A DNA stretch of 64,000 bases from Nitrospirota bacterium (GCA_963840455.1 CAWIYV010000014.1:96001-160000), one strand, 5' to 3'; numbered from the stretch's first letter, positions 1 through 11,300 are shown. Numbers and translations are program-made. Notes: generated from the sequence alone by a model not told the origin.

Positions 1-2869
1 CCAGCAGAAGGGCCGTTGACGCGGCTGCAGGCACGAGCTCGATCGAGCCAATGATCGTGACGCCTCCGCTGCTCTCCCTGAGGACCATGTGTTCGCCGCT
101 CACAAGACAGGCGCCGGGAATTCCGTCCCGTCCTGCCTGCTGAAGGGCCTTTGTTGCGGCCATCTGTTGGGCCGCGATCAGGCCGAGGGCAGGGCTGACC
201 GATGCCAGCGCCCTGATGGCGGGGCGGGCGGGATGAAGATGCTCCGCGATGAACTGCCTGAGCTTCGTTGCCCACTCATCCGGCATGGGCCCGTCCTCCC
301 ATTGCTTCACCACGCGGTCAGGGAAGATCGCCGCGACCTCTTGGGCGAAAATGATCGGATCGCTGGTCTCAGCCTTCTTGCTCGGCGTTATCGCTGTCCA
401 GGAACGGAGCTCCTGCTCAAGCCGCGAGACAGCGTAGAGCGCATGGAACATCCTGCCTTCAGCAAGCCTTGTGCCGATGTCGGCCTTCTCGTCCCTGATC
501 TCTTGGGCCAGGTCCGGCCGTTCATCCACACCGAGAGCCGTCTCCAGCAATGTCATCTTCTCGATCAGCCGTTCGCCGAGCTGCCGGGGCCAGGACATCC
601 TTCCGGCGCTGACCGATGCGGGAAGGTCCGCGACGCCGGCGCAAAACGCGGCAATGGCGTTCAGGACCGACGCGATAGCGGCAGTGATGTCCTCGTTCAG
701 GTACCATCGTTTTCGGTCGATCACCTGCGGCTGTTCGATCGCAGGTTCCTTTGCCGCGTTCCGCTTCAGCGATCCGAGAAGTCCGTCGATCGCCCCGCTT
801 TCGGGCCGGTAGATGAGGCGGTGGTCCGTAAACCTCCCCCAGAGCACCCCGGCCGGCTCGGCGCGCCAGCAGGACTCGCACTTGATGCAGTTCTCCCAGT
901 TGATCGTCACGTTCCCGCGGCCGGCAAGAGGGGCGTCGTAGGCATAGACGCGGGCAGGGCAGACCCACCACAGGGCGGAGCGGGCCATGTCAGGGTGCGA
1001 GGCAACGGGGATCGGCCAAAGCGTCCTGATGTGGGAGACGCTCCCCACATGGTAGGTGTTCGTGGCAAGTTTCGTTTCGAGGCCTGCGACCGGTCTCACC
1101 GCATCGAGGTCCCGCGCCTTTCGCAAAGCTTCCTGGTAGGCCATGACCGGTTCGGCAAGCATCTTCTCCACCGGCGTCTTCAATATATAATAGCGGAAGG
1201 CGTCCCAGACAGCAGTGCCTGCGGCAATGGCGGCAAGAGTAAGCCCGTAAAGCGGAAGAACGACAAGGTCGATCACGCTGATGGACCGGACCAGGATGCG
1301 CACTGCATCGGCAAGCTTTGCTTCTACCGGCTCTGCATTGTTGGCATAGACCGCAGAGATCGCCTGGGCCAAAGCAGGCGACAGCCTCGATACCAGGCTC
1401 CCCACGGGCCAGGGGAGCGATGCGGGATCGAGCCTCCTGCCGCTCACGTTCATGATGATGTCAAGCCGCGCGTCCCCACGGCTCTTCCCCTTCAGCGCGT
1501 TCCGGAGCCAACTGCCGATCGTCGCGGGATGAATGAGCTGTGCGAGGAGATGCTTCCCGAGCCTGAGGCTGGCGATCGATGAGAAGGTGTCGGAGACCAG
1601 CTCCTTCAGGGCCCGCGGAGAGAACAGATGTCCGCGGAGGTACCGGCTGGTGTCCACAAGGCTGCCGGCTGCGAGGAACCGGGCAGTGCCGCAGAGGATA
1701 TCGGGGGTCCTGCCGAAGAGCACGCGCGACCTGCCGAAATAGGCCGGCCATTGCGCAAGGTGACGAGCGTTCGTGCCGTACACGCTGTCCCTGAGGGGGG
1801 CGACGTACGACTCGCTCAGGTGCTTCGCGTTCAAGGGTTTGCCCTCTCGCAGGAGCGACTTCACGGCGCGGGCAAAGTACAGGCCAGTTGCCGAGGCAGG
1901 GCCGGTGAAGTTAGGGAAAGGGAGATCGATGCCGAGCCCCGCGGACGCGCCGCCCACGGCGAGCCCGTCCTCGACGAGCTTCGGCCGCTCGCGCCATCCG
2001 CCGCTCCGGATGATCCTGGTGCCGTAGGCGGACAGCGACCCGTCCCGGCACAGGTCAGCGATTGCCGGCATAGTACGAAGCCTTTCGAAGATCCGGTCAT
2101 GGTCGCCGCGGTAGTGCTTTTTCAGATTTTCCAGCGGGACCACGTAGCCGAGCGAGAGGCTGTCGCGGTTCGTGTAGAGGAATGCGCCGATGTTCAGCCC
2201 CGCGGTCCTGCCGGCTATGGCCGGGTTCCGTACCAGGACCTCGTACGCCGCGCCCTCGCTCCGGCCCAGGCGGAACCGTTCGTCAATGTCCCGCGCAGGG
2301 AGCGAGAGAACGGCCTTGACGCCCTGGAGGTAATGGGGATCGGGGACCCGCTCGAGGCGTTCGGAGCGCACAAGATGGGACGCGTCGCCCTCGGCGATGA
2401 ACACGACCCCGGCATGGAGCGATCCGCGGCCGGTCTGGACGCCGATGACCTGTCCGTTCTTCCTGATGAGGGACAGGACCGTGGTCCGCGTTATGAGCGC
2501 GGCGCCTTTTAAGCGGGCGAGGTCGGCGAAGTAGGGATCATAGACCGGGCGGAGGACCGTGTAGCAGTTCTCGAAGGCACGCGGATCGGACAGTGCCACG
2601 CCCACCTCGTCGATGCCGTTGTGCGCCAGGGTCCCGCGGCGGACCACGCGTCGCTCGAAGGGCGCGGCCTCCACGGCTGCATGGCCGAAGCACTCCTCCG
2701 AGGCGAGGCTGTCGGCGAAGTACACGCAGCCGGACCAGTTCTCAGCGCCGGCGTACACCGCTGTCTCGAGCAGCGCAACGGAGATGCCGCTCCCGGCCAA
2801 AGCGCCGGCCGCGGTCACCCCAGCGGGCCCTGCGCCGACGATGACGACGTCATACTGGTAGGTCTTCAT
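1..2869 (-). CDS. Large FixC/ETF-QO-like FAD oxidoreductase fused to a FixX-like 4Fe-4S domain and a further acyl-CoA-dehydrogenase-like region; runs off the window start (more than 950 aa)
   Basis: Manual translation from ATG 2869 (SD AGGGGA): MKTYQYDVVIVGAGPAGVTAA...AENWSGC...YTVLRPVYDPYFA...VVFIAEGDAS, which is FixC-like. Around 860-1080 it reads WVCPARVY...INWENCIKCESCW. The ORF track lists no terminated ORF in this frame, consistent with no stop before base 1. Confidence 0.8.
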   Translation of the reverse strand, partial: MKTYQYDVVIVGAGPAGVTAAGALAGSGISVALLETAVYAGAENWSGCVYFADSLASEECFGHAAVEAAPFERRVVRRGTLAHNGIDEVGVALSDPRAFENCYTVLRPVYDPYFADLARLKGAALITRTTVLSLIRKNGQVIGVQTGRGSLHAGVVFIAEGDASHLVRSERLERVPDPHYLQGVKAVLSLPARDIDERFRLGRSEGAAYEVLVRNPAIAGRTAGLNIGAFLYTNRDSLSLGYVVPLENLKKHYRGDHDRIFERLRTMPAIADLCRDGSLSAYGTRIIRSGGWRERPKLVEDGLAVGGASAGLGIDLPFPNFTGPASATGLYFARAVKSLLREGKPLNAKHLSESYVAPLRDSVYGTNARHLAQWPAYFGRSRVLFGRTPDILCGTARFLAAGSLVDTSRYLRGHLFSPRALKELVSDTFSSIASLRLGKHLLAQLIHPATIGSWLRNALKGKSRGDARLDIIMNVSGRRLDPASLPWPVGSLVSRLSPALAQAISAVYANNAEPVEAKLADAVRILVRSISVIDLVVLPLYGLTLAAIAAGTAVWDAFRYYILKTPVEKMLAEPVMAYQEALRKARDLDAVRPVAGLETKLATNTYHVGSVSHIRTLWPIPVASHPDMARSALWWVCPARVYAYDAPLAGRGNVTINWENCIKCESCWRAEPAGVLWGRFTDHRLIYRPESGAIDGLLGSLKRNAAKEPAIEQPQVIDRKRWYLNEDITAAIASVLNAIAAFCAGVADLPASVSAGRMSWPRQLGERLIEKMTLLETALGVDERPDLAQEIRDEKADIGTRLAEGRMFHALYAVSRLEQELRSWTAITPSKKAETSDPIIFAQEVAAIFPDRVVKQWEDGPMPDEWATKLRQFIAEHLHPARPAIRALASVSPALGLIAAQQMAATKALQQAGRDGIPGACLVSGEHMVLRESSGGVTIIGSIELVPAAASTALLL

Positions 2870-3041
2870 GGGATGTTCCCCTGTGATGCCACGGTCGATG
2901 ATAGATGAAGCGTAAGGAAGGCGATGCTACGTGTTCGCAGTGCAATTATATCAGAATGGCCAGGGACAAACCAGACGGCACCGGCTTTCCTGTCGTATTG
3001 GGAAATCTGATACAATATGCGCAGGAAGGAGGATCTGTGAT

Positions 3042-3620
3042 ATGAAAGAGGCACGGAAGTTCGACCCCCGGAGCCTGGATGTCCTGAACAGCCCCGAACG
3101 GTTCGACCGGGAGAACCCCGATATCATCTGGAAGGAACTGGACCTGAAGGAACCCCGGGTCCTCGTCGATATCGGGGCAGGCACGGGGTTCTTTGCGATC
3201 CCCTTCGCACGCAAGAGCCCTCACATCACGGTCCATGCCTGCGACCTCCAGGACGAGATGCTGCACTGGCTTCGGGAGCATCTGCCCGAAGACCTGCGAA
3301 TGCGGATCATCCCCGTGAAGATGGAAGAACGCAGGGTGCCGCTTCCCGACGGCATCGCCGACCTCGTGTACATGATCAACCTGCACCATGAACTTGAGGA
3401 CCGGGACGCGATCATGAAAGAATGCTTCCGGCTCTTGAGACCTGGCGGCACAGTGATGGTAGCGGACTGGAAGAAGGGGGAGACGCCAGTGGGGCCGCCG
3501 CAGGAGATCAGGGTGACGGAGCAGGAGATCGTTGCGGACCTCCGGCGGGCGGGATACCGGGACATCACGGACCACCCGGTGCTGCCGTACCATAATTTCG
3601 TCACGGGGAAGAAACCGTAG
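3042..3620 (+). CDS. Class I SAM-dependent methyltransferase
   Basis: VDIGAGTG motif I and LLRPGG motif; SD GGAGGA before ATG 3042. Confidence 0.9.
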   Translation: MKEARKFDPRSLDVLNSPERFDRENPDIIWKELDLKEPRVLVDIGAGTGFFAIPFARKSPHITVHACDLQDEMLHWLREHLPEDLRMRIIPVKMEERRVPLPDGIADLVYMINLHHELEDRDAIMKECFRLLRPGGTVMVADWKKGETPVGPPQEIRVTEQEIVADLRRAGYRDITDHPVLPYHNFVTGKKP

Positions 3621-4230
3621 CCACGGAGGCACAGAGGTGCGGAGAGGGACCGGCGGGACTATTCGTTATTCCCCGTCGGAAGTGCGGGATGCCTGTGCCA
3701 TTCCAGTGAAGGGATCCACCCCTTGTGGCAGAACCAACTCTGCAACCTGGGAAAGCTCAAGTCATGCCGTTGCCATGCTGACACACAAAGAGCCGTACGC
3801 GGCGTCATTGGTGAATTGTGCATAGTTGACTGAAATCTGCAGCCGGACCAATAGATTCAATTGAATAGTATTGTTCATTACAGGCCAGAATTACCGCTGG
3901 AAGACCCTACATAAGGATTACGACGTCAAAAAGACTATTCCATATTTGTAATATTAATTTCTCTTCGTGGATATTCCGAAAAATAAATATTAGTCGATTG
4001 GTGATACGTAATAGATACGGCAAGTTAGCCTAATTCACCTTGACCATGTTGCGTTAGCTGTGATACGGTAATCCGTACCGATAATGACATGTCCAAATGA
4101 GGACTCATAACCGATGACGCGCGAGTGGGCCTTGGAAAATGATAAGTTTATTTGCGAATGTGGACAAAGTTTTACAATCAATAAAGAGAAAAAATCACAG
4201 CAGAGTTTTTCAAATAACGCGAGTATCCTC

Positions 4231-4631
4231 CCTGAAGAAGATATGTATATCGAAAAAGACTGAAGCAAGATTGAAATGGAATTCCCATCATCGATCTGAA
4301 GATAATGTGCGGGATACATGGCAAAAATGATGTGATTTTCGAAATTGAAACCGACGAAGACAATTGGCAGTTATTTCCCTTCTTTGATGAAAGTGATAAG
4401 AAAAGACTGAGCCGCACTTCTAATGACATCGTTCGTGAAACACAATCGGCAAGAAAATGGCCTAATTTCCCGGATGACTGTGTTGCTATTGCTTCGAACG
4501 GATCCGGTGATTTATTGGTCTTTAAACGTTTAGCTAATCACGACAAAAAATTAGACGATGCCATTTACCTTTGGTCACATGAAACAGGCGACTTACAGAT
4601 GGTAGCCTCCTCATTTTCAGAGCTTATTTAG
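4231..4631 (+). pseudogene. SMI1/KNR4 (SUKH) immunity-family gene with an apparently frameshifted N-terminus
   Basis: ORF 4305-4631 has WQLFPFFD...RETQSARKWPNFP...AIASNGSGDLLVF...IYLWSHETG...VASSFSEL. Expected N-terminal pieces (YIEK, TEARLK, EFPSS) lie in different frames at about 4231-4295. Low GC. Confidence 0.65.
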
Positions 4632-4637
4632 ATGCGA

Positions 4638-4688
4638 TACTAACCAAAGCGTTCGAGCCGCCTTCAGCGGCTCAACTTGTTGTTATAC
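4638..4688 (+). mobile_element. Integron attC-like recombination site (solitary)
   Basis: TACTAAC-CAAAGC-GTTCGAGCCG-CCTTCAG-CGGCTCAAC-TTGTT-GTTATAC: AAC/GTT outer boxes and inner boxes pairing with one extrahelical base, 7 bp after the SMI1/KNR4 stop. Confidence 0.6.
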
Positions 4689-4808
4689 GATTGAATACGA
4701 TGCCCATATCGAACGAGTACGATAAGGTAGCTTTAAAATTAACGCCGCTGCTGGAAGTATTATCGGGCCACTCAAGAATGGAGCGTTACTGTGAGCAGGG
4801 CTACGAGA

Positions 4809-5972
4809 TCATCGTCGCGTGAGCGCGCGGTTGGAAAGCTCCTCTTCCAGAAGCCCCATGCGGAAGCGCAGCAGCAGGTCGCTGAAGGGCCTCTTCAAGA
4901 AGGGGTCTTCCGCCAAGCCGACCAGGTGGGCCTGGCAGCCGCAATCTGAACTGCCGAACCCCGGAACGTGCCATTCCGCGATGCCTGACAGCGCCCCCGC
5001 GATCTCGCATTCAATATCAGCACTCGTCCTGATGGGAATGCCGGCGATGTATTCCGCATGCTCCCGCAGGTAATCGATGTGCCAGTGATGGTTCTTGATG
5101 AGCCGCTGGTGCCGGGCCAGCCGCTGCGTCAGGTTCTTCATGGCTGAGCCCACGTAGAGATAGTATCCCCTCCGGAACTTCAATTCTCCCAGTCCGCCTA
5201 CCGTAATCCTCCGGTCCCGCGGCAGCTGCAGCACCACGATGTAGCTCCCCCGGTCATGGGATTCCCGCTCCACCAAGTCCCAGGGTATCGTCAGCTCCCG
5301 TGTCACAGTACCCAGCGACAGGTCCTGCTTCCATTCCACGGAAACCGCCTTGACCATGACCCGGTCCTTGACCTGCAGGAGTGCGCGACAGAACTCGAGG
5401 TCCGTATGGTGCTCGGGCATGAACCATGTGGCAGCCGGCGAATGAACGATGAAGAGCACGGCTGCGCCGCAGCCCGTTCGGGAGAGCTCTTCCAGCTCGA
5501 TCAGATGCTTCGTGGCGCGCGCAGAGACGGCGTCAGGGAACATGGCGAGTGTCCGGTTGAAGAGCGTGCAGGATTTCACTTCGAGCACCATCTCGCGTCC
5601 GTCCTTCTGCAGGAGAAAGTCGAACCGGCTTTTGCCCACCTGGTGTTCTGCCTTGATGATCTCCGCGCCTTCGAGGCCGGGGATACGGCCCTCCTCGATC
5701 AGGTTACGGGCGACCAGGTTGTTGGCATGCGTATGGAGCATGACGGGACAGCCGTCGCGCTCCACGGCAATGATGAGGTGATCCAGCTTCCGCTGTGGTG
5801 AACGGGGCAGTCTCTGGAGAAAGAGCTTCACGCCGGGGAAGAACAGCTCCCAGAGCCTGCCGGGGTTCGGGAGATAGGCGCGGACCTTCCGGCCGTTGAC
5901 AAGGCACTGGACAACGAAGCGGTTGGGCCGGGAGAGGAATGTCGCGGGGAGAATATTATCGAAGAGCTTCAC
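4809..5972 (-). CDS. sfsA: DNA/RNA nuclease SfsA fused to a C-terminal DUF123/GIY-YIG-like domain
   Basis: RPNRF, LPNPGRL, SRFDFLL, EVKSCTL and FPDAVSARATKHL motifs, then GYYLYVGSA...HWHIDYL...GFGSSDCGC. Probable GTG start at 5972. Confidence 0.88.
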   Translation of the reverse strand: MKLFDNILPATFLSRPNRFVVQCLVNGRKVRAYLPNPGRLWELFFPGVKLFLQRLPRSPQRKLDHLIIAVERDGCPVMLHTHANNLVARNLIEEGRIPGLEGAEIIKAEHQVGKSRFDFLLQKDGREMVLEVKSCTLFNRTLAMFPDAVSARATKHLIELEELSRTGCGAAVLFIVHSPAATWFMPEHHTDLEFCRALLQVKDRVMVKAVSVEWKQDLSLGTVTRELTIPWDLVERESHDRGSYIVVLQLPRDRRITVGGLGELKFRRGYYLYVGSAMKNLTQRLARHQRLIKNHHWHIDYLREHAEYIAGIPIRTSADIECEIAGALSGIAEWHVPGFGSSDCGCQAHLVGLAEDPFLKRPFSDLLLRFRMGLLEEELSNRALTRR

Positions 5973-6066
5973 CTTGCCATAGTAACCGAACAGGGCAGCT
6001 TTGTCATCAAGTCTGCCACGGAGACGGGGAGGATAGGGAAGGATGCCCTTTTGCATCGCACTTCAG

Positions 6067-7287
6067 CTATTTTGCGTTCCTCACCGTGACCCTGCCGCCG
6101 TCCCTAATGTTGTCGTCCGGGTTCGTGACCACGACCACGCCTTCGGACAGGCCTTTCACGATCTCGGCGGCGATGCCGTTCCTCCTGCCCACCTCGACGG
6201 GGGTGAGCTTTGCGCGACGGTCAGCGACGATGAAGAGCGCCCAGCCATCGCCTTTTCGGAAGAGGGCGCTTTCAGGCACCTGCAGCACGTCCTTGCTCTC
6301 CCAGAGGATGAAGGTGGTGTCGAGGCGGTAGCCGTCGCCAAGCTGCTTCCAGAGCTCGGGAGGGGACGTAAGGTCCACGATCACGTTCACGCGCTGCTCT
6401 TCCACGCCGAGGCTCGATATCTTCGTGAAGCCCGAGGGCTCCACGACGCGCACTCTTCCCTGGAGCGGCTTGTCGCCGCCCCAGCGTTCGAAGAGCACAG
6501 CGGAGCCCGGATGGAGCTTCACGGCATCGGCGGACAGGACCTCGACCTTCACTTCCAGGCTTCCGGGGTTGCCGATGTCGATGAGCGGCTCCGCGGCGGC
6601 AACCACGCCTTCGCTCTCGCGGTGGAGCTTCAGCACCCTGCCGCTAGCCGGAGCGCACACGACCACGGTCTTGCCCGACGGGCCGGAGCGCTCGGCAGCG
6701 GAATAGCCGAGCACGCTCTCCGCCTGTTCCAGGTCGGCCTTTGCAGCAAGCACGGCGGCGTCCGCCGAGAGCCGCATCGCTTCGGCTTTGCGCGACGCCG
6801 TGACCGCCTGGTCGAGGTCGCTCTGCGCGATGTAGCCCGAGGTGGAGAGCTGCCTCATCCTTGCCTCGTGATCGCGGGCATAGTCCGCGTCGGCAACTGC
6901 CGCTCGCGCCTTTTCCTTTGCCGCTTCAAGGGTCGCCCTGGCGGCCGCGACGGCTGCTTCAGCCCCTGCCTTGCTCCGGGGATCGAGGACCGTGGACCGG
7001 AGCGGTTCGAGCAGGGCAACCTGCGCGCCTTTCTTCACCATGTCGCCCGCCTGCAATTCGATGCGCCTGAGATAGCCTGCTACCGGGGCGGACAGGACAA
7101 AGCGGTCCCTGACCCGTGTTCTGCCTTCCTCCTCCACGGTCACCCTGAGCGGGCCCCGTGAGGCCTTTGCCACGTCAACGGCAACGGGCTTGGGCAGGAA
7201 ACCGTAGGCAAGGGCTGCGACGACGACCGCGCCGACGGAGATGACGAATACTCTTCTGCGTGTTTGTGCCTTCATGAGTATCTCCAT
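6067..7287 (-). CDS. HlyD/membrane fusion (periplasmic adaptor) protein of an ABC exporter
   Basis: N-terminal TM helix, SAPVAG lipoyl-like half, helical hairpin, SSLGVEEQRV. Confidence 0.9.
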   Translation of the reverse strand: MEILMKAQTRRRVFVISVGAVVVAALAYGFLPKPVAVDVAKASRGPLRVTVEEEGRTRVRDRFVLSAPVAGYLRRIELQAGDMVKKGAQVALLEPLRSTVLDPRSKAGAEAAVAAARATLEAAKEKARAAVADADYARDHEARMRQLSTSGYIAQSDLDQAVTASRKAEAMRLSADAAVLAAKADLEQAESVLGYSAAERSGPSGKTVVVCAPASGRVLKLHRESEGVVAAAEPLIDIGNPGSLEVKVEVLSADAVKLHPGSAVLFERWGGDKPLQGRVRVVEPSGFTKISSLGVEEQRVNVIVDLTSPPELWKQLGDGYRLDTTFILWESKDVLQVPESALFRKGDGWALFIVADRRAKLTPVEVGRRNGIAAEIVKGLSEGVVVVTNPDDNIRDGGRVTVRNAK

Positions 7288-7504
7288 TGGACGTAGACGT
7301 GAGATGCAAGTAAACCAATTCTACCACGGACACACAGAGGCGCAGGGAAAGACAGTCATATCGGTTACTCTGTGCAGACCGTTCCTGTGTGGTTACAGCC
7401 GCCTTTTCTGGACTTTGTCGTTCGGGCAGAGAAAAAGAACATGTTGGTTACCTCTGTGTCCTCTGTGCCTCTGTGGTTACAACGCCTTTCATTCCGCACT
7501 CGTT

Positions 7505-9871
7505 TCATTCCCTCGTCTTCAGCACCTCCACGAGGTCCAGATGGTCCAGCCGGTGGCGGACGATGAGGCCCGAGACCGCAGCCGATACCAGGACCACGGC
7601 CGCTGCCAGTGCATAGGTCGCACGCTCGGTCACGAGCGGGATGCGGAACAGGTCCGACGACAGCGCGTGTGACACGTAAGCGCAGAGCCACCGTCCCAAC
7701 AGGAACCCCAGGGGGATCGCCAGGAGGGTCAGGAGGCCCAGCTCGCCGAGGAGAATGTAGGATATCTCTCCGCGCGTGTAGCCGAGGACGCGCAGGCTTG
7801 CGAGCTCCCGTCCGCGCTCCGCCAGGCTGATCCGCGCGCTGTTGTACACCACGCCGAAGGCGATGACGCCGGCCAGGACCGTTGCCACGAAGGTGAAGAA
7901 GAGCATGGCCTCCGCCTGGGTCTCGTAGAAGTTCCGGATCTCGTCCTTCCGCACTACCGCGCCGGCAACGCGCGGCATCTCGACCAGGGTGCGGTAGACG
8001 GCGGGCTGTTCCTTCTCATCGATGACCAGCGCCGCGCCGGATATGGCGTTCCCCTCCCGCATCATCCGGTTCAAGGCCGACAGGTCCATGTAGCCCATGA
8101 GGCCGATGTACTCCTTGATGAGCCCTGCCACGCGGACCTGGCGCACAGGTCTGCTCCCTTCGAGCGTCTCGACGGTGACCATGCTTCCGGGAACCACGCC
8201 GAGGATGCCGCCGAGGTAATCGGTCAGCACCACGCCCGACGCGGGCAGGGCCACGGGCCGGAGCTTCTCGTCGAGCAGCCGGTAGAGAAGACTGGTCTCC
8301 GCCACGCCCCGGATCTGGGTCCGGTAGGTGTGGTGTCCCGAGCGGAAGAGCACCGGCACGACGCGGAAGGGCTCGGCGTATTCGACGCCGGTAAGGCCTC
8401 TGAGCTCGTGGAGCGATTTCCTGGACGTGGGTTCGACGAAAGTGACGGTCATGTCCTCGCGGTGGCACAAGCGGAACTGGATGTCCACCATGTAGTTCAC
8501 CGTGTCCTGGAAGAAGCCTCCTGCGATCATGATAGCACAGGCCATGGCGATGCCGGTGACCGAAAGGAGGGCCTTCACGGGGCGGCGTTCGAGGTTCCGC
8601 AGGATCATGCGGGTCGGCTGGGAGAGGATGCGCGCCGGGATGACGCGTTCGGCGAAGGTCTTCCGGTACCGGGCCGGCTCCTCGGGCCGCATGGCCTGTG
8701 CAGGCGAGATGCGGACGGCCTTCCAGACCGAATGGACCGTCCCGACGACGGCCGCAGCAGCAGTGATGCCCGCTGCCAGGGCAACGACGGAAGGCCGCAG
8801 AACGTAGAGGAAGTAGGGGAAGCGGTAAAACTCCATGTAGATATTCCCGAGGCCCTTGCCGAGCTTGATGCCGAGGAGCGTCCCGCCGATCGTCCCGATG
8901 GCAACGATCAGGAGCACGAGCTTCACAAAGTGGACCGCCACGTCGCTCGTGGTATAGCCGAAGGCCTTGAGCGCCGCGATCTGATCGCGCTGGGTGCTGA
9001 CGGTGCGGGTGATCACCACGTTCAGGAGGAACGCGGCCACGCTGATGAAGATCATGGGATAGAGGCTGGCGCTCTGTTCGAGCTGGCGGAACTCCTCGGA
9101 CAGGAACCGGTGGGACATCTGGTCCTTGCGCGCCACGGCGCCGAATCCCCCATAGCGGTCGAGCACCGCGTCGAGCCGCGAGATCACGTCTTCGGCCTGG
9201 CTTCCCGGAGAACGGGTCAGGACAACGTCGTTGAACGCTCCCTCCATATCATAGGCGGTGCCGAGGGCCTTCCGTCCCATCCAGAGGATGCCGTAGCGCT
9301 TGAAGTCCGGGCTGATGGCGCCGGGCCTGACCTGGAGGATGAACTCCGGCGAGAGCGCTATGCCGGTGACGGTGAGGGTCTTCCACCTGCCGTTGATCAC
9401 CGCGCCGAAGCTGCTGCCGGGCCGGAAGCGGTGCGCCTGGGCAAAGGCCTCGCTCACCACTGCCTCGTTGTCCCGCCACGGCTCGGGCAGGCGGCCCTGA
9501 CGGAGATAGAGCGTATTGAGGAGCGCTTTGCCGTCGTCGGGTAGCGAGACCAGGTGCGCGCTCACCGGCTCGTTGAACCCCGGGACGTCGAGCTTCACGT
9601 CCGCGGCCACGCGGGTCTCGACGACGCTTACGCCGGGAATCTCGCGGATGCGCTGCTTCAAGGCCTCCGGCGCGCGCTTCAGCTGCGCGAAGATGTCGGC
9701 GAAGCGGTGCTCGTCGTAGAAGCGGTCGCGCGTCAGGTTCAGCGAGTCCATGACCGAGAGGAACATGACGAAGGTGGACACGCCGCTCACGATGACGAGG
9801 ATGATGGCGAAGGCCTGGCCTTTCATATGCCAGAGGTCGCGGAGGAGCTTTTTGTCGAGAGACTTCATCAT
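7505..9871 (-). CDS. FtsX/MacB-like ABC transporter permease (duplicated)
   Basis: KKLLRDLW N-terminus; QIAALKAFGY and ELASLRVLGY FtsX motifs; multiple TM segments. Confidence 0.92.
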   Translation of the reverse strand: MMKSLDKKLLRDLWHMKGQAFAIILVIVSGVSTFVMFLSVMDSLNLTRDRFYDEHRFADIFAQLKRAPEALKQRIREIPGVSVVETRVAADVKLDVPGFNEPVSAHLVSLPDDGKALLNTLYLRQGRLPEPWRDNEAVVSEAFAQAHRFRPGSSFGAVINGRWKTLTVTGIALSPEFILQVRPGAISPDFKRYGILWMGRKALGTAYDMEGAFNDVVLTRSPGSQAEDVISRLDAVLDRYGGFGAVARKDQMSHRFLSEEFRQLEQSASLYPMIFISVAAFLLNVVITRTVSTQRDQIAALKAFGYTTSDVAVHFVKLVLLIVAIGTIGGTLLGIKLGKGLGNIYMEFYRFPYFLYVLRPSVVALAAGITAAAAVVGTVHSVWKAVRISPAQAMRPEEPARYRKTFAERVIPARILSQPTRMILRNLERRPVKALLSVTGIAMACAIMIAGGFFQDTVNYMVDIQFRLCHREDMTVTFVEPTSRKSLHELRGLTGVEYAEPFRVVPVLFRSGHHTYRTQIRGVAETSLLYRLLDEKLRPVALPASGVVLTDYLGGILGVVPGSMVTVETLEGSRPVRQVRVAGLIKEYIGLMGYMDLSALNRMMREGNAISGAALVIDEKEQPAVYRTLVEMPRVAGAVVRKDEIRNFYETQAEAMLFFTFVATVLAGVIAFGVVYNSARISLAERGRELASLRVLGYTRGEISYILLGELGLLTLLAIPLGFLLGRWLCAYVSHALSSDLFRIPLVTERATYALAAAVVLVSAAVSGLIVRHRLDHLDLVEVLKTRE

Positions 9872-9976
9872 GAAATCCAAGGAACCAGGAGCCAGAATAC
9901 AGGAGTCGGAAAAATGGCAAGGATTAGGTGTTGTGCTCTTTTCCTGGATTCTGGCTCCTGTCTTCTGACTCCTGCT

Positions 9977-10684
<708 letters not shown>

Positions 10685-10835
10685 GGCTGCCTTTCCCGGT
10701 CCTTTGTCCTGTGCAGGGGTAACCATGGTCTTGTTCAAGTATAGCTGAACACGCCGGCGAAGGGCGCGGGAACTGGGCAGAGGAATGGTCCGCGAGGTGT
10801 TTCCCGCATGTCGGCGGGACAGGAACGTCGGATCG

Positions 10836-11300
10836 TCACAGTATGCCCAAGAGATGCTGCAGCTCCTCGAGCAGCGCCGCTTGCGCCGGGATGATCTTCC
10901 GTTTTGCCTCCGCGATCGTGAACCAGTCCGCCCGGTCCGCTTCCGGGAACCGCTGCATCCATCCCGAACGGGGCGGCCATTCGAGCTCGAAGGTGTTGCT
11001 CGTGATCCTGTCCGCGTCGCAGTTGCCTTCTCCGGCCCAGGCAACAACCGTCTTGCCGCCCTTCTGGTGTACCGGCGAGAGGGGATGGAGTTCGCCGCGG
11101 TGCGAGCAGCCGGTCTCCTCCCTGAACTCCCGCAGTGCAGCGGTGAGCGGCTCCTCGCCCGGGTCGGGCAGTCCCTTGGGGATGGACCAGACGCCCTCGT
11201 CCTTCCGGGCAAAGAAAGGACCGCCCGGGTGGACCAGGAAGACCTGGAGCACACCACGTACCTTCTTATAGAGCAGTATTCCCGCGCTGGTTTTGTTCAT
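10836..11300 (-). CDS. NUDIX hydrolase
   Basis: HPGGPF...WSIPKG...[11 protein letters not shown] Nudix box; FPEADRA. Confidence 0.92.
   Translation of the reverse strand: MNKTSAGILLYKKVRGVLQVFLVHPGGPFFARKDEGVWSIPKGLPDPGEEPLTAALREFREETGCSHRGELHPLSPVHQKGGKTVVAWAGEGNCDADRITSNTFELEWPPRSGWMQRFPEADRADWFTIAEAKRKIIPAQAALLEELQHLLGIL

Noticed and set aside
89-2512. Long plus-strand ORFs of 497 and 294 aa
   Set aside because: Antisense shadows of the minus-strand FixC-like gene; no protein motifs. The same applies to most long overlapping ORFs in this GC-rich window.
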